A stretch of DNA of 63,282 nucleotides, the filler included, from Reticulomyxa filosa (lineage: Eukaryota > Protista > Foraminifera), in assembly GCA_000512085.1 (NCBI GenBank). It is 20 parts of 20 records of this genome, joined end to end, with 100 filler letters (N's around TTAATTAATTAA, not from the genome) between each part and the next. Parts side by side here need not be neighbours in the genome. Positions count along the whole stretch, not along the records: positions 55,535 to 58,232 come from ASPP01021163.1; positions 58,333 to 63,282 come from ASPP01022787.1; 18 more parts are not named here. The stretch is one strand, 5' to 3'. Position 1 is the first letter of the stretch. Every line of letters starts with the position of its first letter. A program made the position numbers and the translations under genes. Shown piece after piece: positions 55,714 to 63,282 of this stretch. The notes under the pieces were generated by a model that saw only the letters and a program-made list of their open reading frames with translations, was not told the DNA's origin and did no database searches.

Positions 55714-57522
55714 TCAATCGCAACAACACTTGACACACATGACCACACAAGGACAGAAACACCAGCAGCATGCATTACATTTAATTGGTTTTCTTTTTCG
55801 AAAGGGATTTTGTGCGTTGTTATTTCTATCCAATGGGTCAGGATGTTTGCCAATGAAAGTTTTGATAGATTGAGCACAATCTTCACGTGGAACACTAGAT
55901 TGAATGCGATTCTTTTCTTCACAGCAAATTTCATATCTGGTGCGTTCTATTTGCACTCGATATGACAATGCATCCAGTTGTTTACTTCTATCAAACAATC
56001 CCGAGCTCTATGCAAATAGACAGAAAAAAAAAGACAAAAAGGCGTATGATAGCAGAAAAGAGAGAATAAAAACATTTACCAATGTTTGGGTGAACGTAGA
56101 CCCCCCTTTCTTAAAAAAAAAAAGGACCAACTTTAAATTGGTTATATCCCAGTGCAACCAATTCTAATCTAGTCATGATGGGTTTGTCAATACAAGCTTT
56201 TCGATAAAAAGTGAAAAATTGTGTTTTGGTAAGAACCCTTTCATTATCAGAAACATCAGTAATTTGCAAAGTCTGATCGATGATATCTTTGTCTTCTTCA
56301 ATGGTAACAATGGTATATCTGCGGACCTCACGCGTGGCCGTTTCATGTTTTGTATTACTACTGTTTGTGACATTTGCTTGTGGACTCTCAATTCCTTTCG
56401 CGTTCACATTGGGAGGTGGTTGTTCCTGTTCCTGTTCCTGTTCCTGTTCTTGTTCTTGTTCCTGTTTCAAGTCCGATTGTTTGGCCTGTTCATTATGTTC
56501 CGTTTCTCTTTCGGATGGTTTGAAGGAGCTGGGCAGGTCCTCAGATAATATCGGTTCTTGTAACACATATTTTTTCGAAAGTTCATACGTTATTTCATTG
56601 GAAGAAGGATTCTCTACATTCTCTTGTAGTGGCTGTATTCATACACAACACACATCAATATATATGTATATACATACATATATGTATATATTGGTGTGTG
56701 TTGTGTATGAATACAGCCAACGCAAAAGTGTGTGTGTGTTTTTTTTGTTTTTTTTTGTATCTTGTGTTTCATATTCATCAATATGTGTATGTATTGAATA
56801 TTTATTAAAAAAAAAAAAAATAAAAAAGAACTGACGATTGCAACATTTGTTGCAAATATCTTTTAAAATTGCCAAACAAAGTCCCATATTTTTCTAAAAT
56901 ACTGTCGGCTCTCGCCAAATAATCATCTTCGTTTTGCAAATTGGGGTAGCATTTGGCAACAAGAGAAGACAATTGGGCCCGGGTCATTATCAATCCATTG
57001 CCGTACTTTGCAAATATTTCGGTCAGCGAGTCGTGCAAATCTTGAGACAAATTGCCTGATGGATCCAACAATGCCTATCGCATATCGTTATTGTTTTGTT
57101 CATTGCTATTTATTCACTTCATCTCCTCTCGCCTTCCTTCCCTCCCCAATTAAACATTTTGCGGATGGGTTGTACAAAAAGTTCCAATTTTTTTTTTTTA
57201 TCTTTCAAAAAAAAAATTATCTTCATTTTGCTCACGTTTGTGCATACAACTCCTTCATTATTTTTTATTGCATACTGAACTGAATGCTGAAAACTTGGAG
57301 GGCGTGAAGCCGTTGAACGTATTGCGTCATAATTGGATGTTGTTGCTGACTGATGAACCTTTTTTTTAAGTTTGTTTTTAATTCTACTTTTACTTTTTTT
57401 TTGAAAAGCAAGAATGTAAAAAAAAATATTAAAAATAACAAGTCAATACAAAAACTCACAGAATTATGTGTCACCAATGGCTCTCTCAAGGGTCTAGAAG
57501 AGGAAGAGGAACCATTCCCCAT
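55714..57522 (-). CDS. Predicted N-myristoylated EF-hand-like protein with C-terminal G-gamma-like (GGL) domain and Cys-rich tail
   Basis: MGNGSSSS start; LTEIFAKY...ILEKY and LTKTQFFTFYRKAC...LVALGY. A phase-0 intron (56131-56008) joins the last exon ...SIKTFIGKHPDPLDRNNNAQNPFRKRKPIKCNACCWCFCPC...CCCD*. Confidence 0.7.
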
Positions 57523-59125
57523 CTTTCTTATATCTTATTTTTTTCCCCCTTTTGCCCTTTTTTAGGTGCTTGTTTCAGACTCTTCTTTTGTTGTCACTGC
57601 GAATACCCAAATGATTTTTTGGAATGATGCTGTTCGGTGGTTGCAAAGCTCCACAATTGTCTGTGGGTCCGAATATCCACTTTAACTTATTAAAAGGAGT
57701 CCCGTTAGCTCACTAGTTGAACGAATTCAGAAAATTTTAAACAATGCAAACCCTCGTTGCTAAGGGGGAAATGAAAAAAACTTACATCAAAAGAATCATT
57801 ATTTACTTAGTAGTATTAACGGAAAAATTTATCTAAACACTGCAGTCAGTTTTTTGTTCTTTGCAGGCAACGATTTCCAATTAGTACAAAAGAAAACATT
57901 AAAAGGAATTGCTGTTGCGTTTTTCCTCCCCCTCTTCTTCCTTTTTCTTGTTCTTCTTTATTGTTAAAAATGCTTTATTTATTCTGTTTCGCTTTTATTG
58001 ACATTCCTCGAATGATCATCACTTCTAGAATCTTCTTCATCTGTCAACTTCTCACGATTGTCATTATAGCCATAGAGAGCGTAGTGCTATGGGATTGATA
58101 TTGTTTGACATATATTGGTATAGGACGTAATAAACACAATATATGTACATATGATAAAGTAGGATTTTTTTCTCCAATATTTTGTGTGCTGTATATGCAA
58201 GAGAGCAAAAAAAAAGTGATGTTTTTATATATNNNNNNNNNNNNNNNNNNNNNNNNNNNNNNNNNNNNNNNNNNNNTTAATTAATTAANNNNNNNNNNNN
58301 NNNNNNNNNNNNNNNNNNNNNNNNNNNNNNNNATAAATATTTAGACATTTCAAAGCATCGCACAAAGCTCGAACAAATCAAACTTAAGCACATAATAACT
58401 ATTATGTTGTATATATTTTCTACTTTTACTATATAGTCAGTTGAAGATATAAATATTTTATTTATGATAATTTTAGTTTTATCAATTTCACGAAATTAAA
58501 AAAATACACAGATATACATTTGAGAAAATTATTTGATTTTGATAATTTGGTTTTGCCAGTTGATGTACAAACAACGTAAGCATCTTATTGTTTTTGATTA
58601 TCAAAAATAAAGTTTACAAGTTTCCTTTGTATAGATGGATCGATTAAAAACAATATCGATGTGTTGAAAATATTGAATTGATTCAACTGATATATCAAAA
58701 AGAAAAAAATAATAGTCACAATAATATTTGTTCGCACAAATACACAAGTCACAAGCAATAGGACTCGAATAATTCTGATTTTACTTATTATTCGGATACG
58801 CAATTCACACATTTTCCAATCGTAGTAGCAAGGTACAGTTATGGTGAAACAAAAATGAAAGTGCTTTTTTAAGGATTAATATCTTTGTTCGTCTGCGTTT
58901 GATAAGGTTAAACAACAGCAAAAACTTGTTACAAAATTTATTATTGATAATTTTAATTGTTAGTGTAGCCGACACTCACAAACTAGTCAAAAAAATTCAT
59001 TATGCACATGAGAGAGCCCAAACACGAAGAACAACGAACACATAAACGAAGGAAATTACAAAATAAGGTTTATCTCAAGAAGAGAAAAAAAAAATTAAAA
59101 TAATATATAAATGTTGATTCATATT

Positions 59126-61123
59126 TTATTTGGCTTTGCTATATCCTAAGGACTCAGCAACAACGTCCATTGGGTTTTTTAAGTTTTTAAAATAAGAGCC
59201 TTTGTGCAATTGACCGTTAAGCACTTTAACAGCGGTTCGAAGATAAGAGATTTCTTCACTAGCCTTAGCCGTCAATAGGACCTTTTCTTGGCACAGTCTT
59301 TCCAGCTCAGATTTATACAAAACAAGTTCTGTCTCCATATCCGCCATATTTGTTTCTGTGGTTGGCTCTTCGGTGGTGTCAAGACCAGCGGTGGTGTTGT
59401 TGACGCGTGCTTTCCATTGCTGGAGTTCCAATTCCAATTCCTTGAGTTGGTTGTTCATTTCTTGGGTTCGCACCTGTGCATTTTCGAGTTCTTGTGTAAA
59501 CTTTTTGTTTTCGTCGGCTAATACGTGCCAATCTTTTTGCGGAGTATCATTCTCAATGCCGTTTAGTTTGCGCAGCTCCTCAATCGCCCGAATGATTTTC
59601 CCCACATGCAATGAGTTCACCTGCATCTCATTTGTCAGCACTTCCTTCGTCATATCATTCAACAGTATATTGCCATCAATTCCATCATCAATGATCCGTT
59701 TTCCATACTTGGTCAGTCCCATTTCGTCCAGCCATAAAGCTACCTCTTCGGGGGTCCACTCAAGAGCTTTTTCCTTTTTTTTTTTTATTATTTTAAAAAA
59801 GAGAATTTACAACAATAATAACAATAACAACCAATGATATAATAATAATAATAATATGTACATATTATTATTGTTAAAAACAAAAGCATAAGCATAAGTA
59901 TGTACATCACTTAAGTACTGCCAAAACAAAACAAAGAAAACTCAACAGAGTTTAAGAAATCCTCTTTAGTATTTGCCATCTCTTCGATCTCTTCCAAGTA
60001 CTGCTTTTCTTCCATCAATCTCAGTTTTAAGGCAGAGGCTTGTTTCTTCAGCTCGGCTTCCATTTCTTTCTGCAGACCATCGACCTCGAATGCGTCAAAG
60101 GAGTTGAGGTTTCTCTCGCTCAACAGGTTGCTAGAAATCTTTGGTGGTTTTGGTCATCGGAGCCCATAGACTCTCCGTTCGCAGCGCCATGATAAACAAC
60201 GACACTTCCAGTGTCCTTGTGTCGAACCGCATCGGTGTCATTGGCATTGTTATTGTCATTGTCGCTGTGATGATCATCTTCATCGTTATTATTATTATTA
60301 TTATTATTGCTATCATTGTTATTGTTAGCATCCCTGCTCTTTGCGGCCGAGTGCTTCGTTGCGGTCGCAGAATTAGACTCGGCTTTGCTCGCCGTCTTGG
60401 ACTTTGCCTTTTGCTCCTCTTCCTTTTGCTTTAATTGCCGATGCAGCCGCCTCGCCAATCGCAACAGTGGCTGTTGCAAGTCGGTCAAGTGATTGGCGTT
60501 GAACGTCCCCGTTACAAACGATTGATACGTTTGTCGATCCACAAATCCTACCTTATCTTCGTCAAGTAGGCCAAACAGTTTTATTATTTGGTCCTCTGTC
60601 AGTGATACCTTCAGCCCCATCATCCCGCGTTTCCATTCGTTCACATCCACGTCGCCATTGTCTTCCGTGTCGATTATTTCCCATTGGATCGAGATTAGTT
60701 CCTTTTTTTTTTTTTTTAATGTTCCAAAAAAATAATATATATATTGTATTATTTTTTTTTTTTTGCGTTCAATCTTATTTTAAAAATTTTGAAGTTCATC
60801 TCCCCTCCCCTTTTTTTTATGCAATACACACTCCCGATACAATGTTTTTACTAAACTTGCAACCTTTTTTGTCTTGCCAATTCATTCGATGCCGACATTG
60901 GGTCATTGTCATTGTCCGGTATGCTGTCGCCTTGTAACACTTTGTCTAACAATGACTCTTGCTCCATCAGGGATGCTTTGCGGATTTCTAAATGCACCGA
61001 TGAGTTGCGTCGGCTTTTTTGCAAAGGAGTGCTCAATGAATCTGTCGTCAAGTGCTTTGATCTTGAGGAAGAGGGTGGCAAGGAATCCTCTTTCATTTCT
61101 GACGGTGTTCCTGATTCTGCCAT
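59126..61123 (-). CDS. EF-hand pair + SAM domain + coiled-coil protein
   Basis: EF loops DTEDNGDVDVNE and DEDKVGFVDRQT; SAM WTPEEVALWLDEMGLTKY...IDGNILL...GKIIRAIEEL; C-terminal heptads. A 1-nt shift in an A-run near 60150. Confidence 0.8.
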
Positions 61124-61391
61124 TCTTACTAATACTTGCTTTCTATTTCTTCACGATCTCCAAAGAATCTTCTACTGATCGAAAAGTTTTGTTCGGTTGC
61201 CCCTTGTTTAAAACACTACTCTACTGCTTTTTTTTCCACATACAATCCACTGAGAAATAAAAGAAAGCAATAATTTCCAATGGAAAGTAGGTACCTCATT
61301 GAGCGGCTGAAAACAGCACGCTTTTTTTTTTTTTAAAAAAAGTCCCTAAAACAAAAAAAAGCATAATATAACTCCCAATCAAAACACTGAC

Positions 61392-63282
61392 ATGGATATT
61401 GAAACTGATGAAGTACTTGATTCAGATCAAGTAGAGAGGATGGCAGTGGATAATGATTCTGATGTTGAAATGAGTGATGAAATGCAAGAGTCACAAGCGT
61501 TGTTAACTAACGAAGATTTCGAGGCCCGCCTTTCAAGACCAGATAGTGTATTAGACGAAAATTTCATTACAATAGTGAAAGAATACGCAACTTTAAAATG
61601 TGAGGTTTGTTGCATAATGACAAGAGAAGCTTCATTTTTTTTCCCAACAAATCCTAAGGAGTTTTTTTTTTCGTTTTTCATTATATGTTTAACAAACTAA
61701 GGTAATAATAACAAAAAAAATAACTTTGGAAATGATTAGGGAAACAAGGATGAATTTATAAATTACGTAAAAGAAGGTGTTTTATTGGCAGCTTCAAATT
61801 ACAAAGGATACACAAAAATGTGCAATTTATTGGTTGATTGGATGAAAGAATTTCATCACCCCAAAACCATTCACGTATTTTTATATTTTTATATTTTGTT
61901 TTGTTTATCTTATTTTACATCTAAATAACAACAAAAATGAATTAGAGCATATTTATGGAGGAAGTGAAAAAAGCAGTAATCCAACTGAAGCCACATGAAA
62001 ACCCCACGATAATTGACAATACAATCCGAGAAGTAGTTTAGTATGAAAAAAAATGTGTATTTAAAAATAAAATAAAAACTTGGGTTGGATAGATGTCAAG
62101 TTGTGGAGATTTGCCAATGACTGCTTCGAGTCAAAAATTATTAAGTGTGAGCAAATTTGACAGTTATGTAAGAAGGGAGGATATATAAAAAAAAGTACTT
62201 TATTCACTATCTCACGACCTCAAACACTGATATCACATGCCATCATACATATATGCATATATAACATATTATAACATATTATAACATATATAACATATAC
62301 ACCACATAAAAGAACGGCTGCAAAAACATGTCAGTGATATCTTTGGTTGTGACAACGAAAAAGATTATCGCGATCATGTCAATCGCTTTTGTGAATTTTG
62401 TTGCAAAAATGAATTGTACTATTTGCGAGCCAGGTTTTTATTTTTAGAAATATATATATATATGCATATGTATATGTATACATATGTTTACATGTTTAAT
62501 TGCAATGTGAATGCAAATAGACGGCTGTTATGTGATTGGCGCAGAAATAATTCTCAAAGTGCGTTTGGGTTTGCATTATCACAGCTAGAGTTTCAATTGG
62601 ACAATCACGCAAAGAATAACTCGACACGAATTCCGGATCTGTCGACTTGGGCAGTTGGAATATCGCCATCGTCGTTGATTCGCACCGCGTCATTCAATTG
62701 CATCGCAGTGGTTTCATCACAGTCGCAGACTTGTCCAAAATCTATGATCTGTGTCAAGAGAGTGAAATGAGAGAGAGTGAAAAGAGAGAGAATGGAGAAG
62801 ATGAACATGAATGGAATAGAAATGGAAATAGAAATGGAGATGGAGATAGAGACAAAGATAAATATAGAGAGGAGGAGAAAGAAAAACCAGCCGATGTCGA
62901 GCAGACTCAAATCAATATCGACTTCTTGCAACAACCACTAATGATTGAGTATTTATATAACGGTATTTTCAAACCCCCTGTCAGAGCACTTTCTAAACAG
63001 ATCCTTCACAAATATATCTACTTGTTGGCCTATGCTTTGTGTCAATCCAAGACCAATATCAACAACGGCCATAACAATGGTATGATTCTTTCCAACGCGA
63101 TCAAAGAACAAAGAAACGAATTGATCAATGATTTGACCAATATTAGCACGCAAATATGTCACGATAAAAACTATGATGTATCATTGTCCAGCCACGTCAA
63201 CAAACAAAATTTGCTCTTTGAAAGTGTCGAAAAGTCGCCTTTGATTAGCAAAGGTATCATCATTTGGATTCGATATTGTGTT
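61392..63282 (+). CDS. NELFCD: Negative elongation factor C/D (TH1-like), multi-exon, 3'-partial
   Basis: LSRPDSVLDENFITIVKEY, SNYKGYTKMCNLLVDW, GFITVADLSKIY, IDFLQQPLMIEYLYNGIFKP...HKYIYLLAYA and PLISKGIIIWI follow the TH1 motifs as I recall them (SENYTAVAQTVNLLAEW; FKP...HKYIHILAYA; PVVAMGVLKWV). One frameshift near 62640-62680. Confidence 0.78.

Overview
This is not one continuous locus. It is about 20 short, AT-rich, intron-containing eukaryotic contigs joined by 19 artificial 100-nt spacers (N44-TTAATTAATTAA-N44), so adjacency means something only within a contig. The gene content (expanded WD40, Kelch and TPR families sharing a GWIxxF motif, many pseudogenes, microsatellite and homopolymer-rich introns) suggests a foraminiferan such as Reticulomyxa filosa. 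That is an inference. Recognisable genes: PCNA, a TBC1D5-like RabGAP with a C-terminal PH domain, WD40/Kelch/TPR paralogues, an eRF1 pseudogene, an F-box gene, an ATCase fragment, a PUB-RasGEF pseudogene, S-formylglutathione hydrolase, class III ADH, a Ser/Thr kinase, a CAP-Gly relic, an ERG4/ERG24-family sterol reductase, a BEACH protein, a C11orf54/DUF1907 homologue, a Tc1-like transposon relic with related MITE-like copies, an EF-hand/SAM protein and NELF-C/D. The strongest leads are: (1) a probable spliced SFGH-FALDH fusion for formaldehyde detoxification through a 32-nt linker exon, with an in-intron stop that could also yield free SFGH; (2) a predicted myristoylated EF-hand-like protein spliced in frame to a G-protein-gamma-like domain with a Cys-rich tail; (3) a ~33-aa phase-0 cassette exon reused at the N-terminus of WD40 genes and the C-terminus of a Kelch gene, a candidate lineage-specific adaptor module. 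All family calls come from manual motif recognition. No searches were run.
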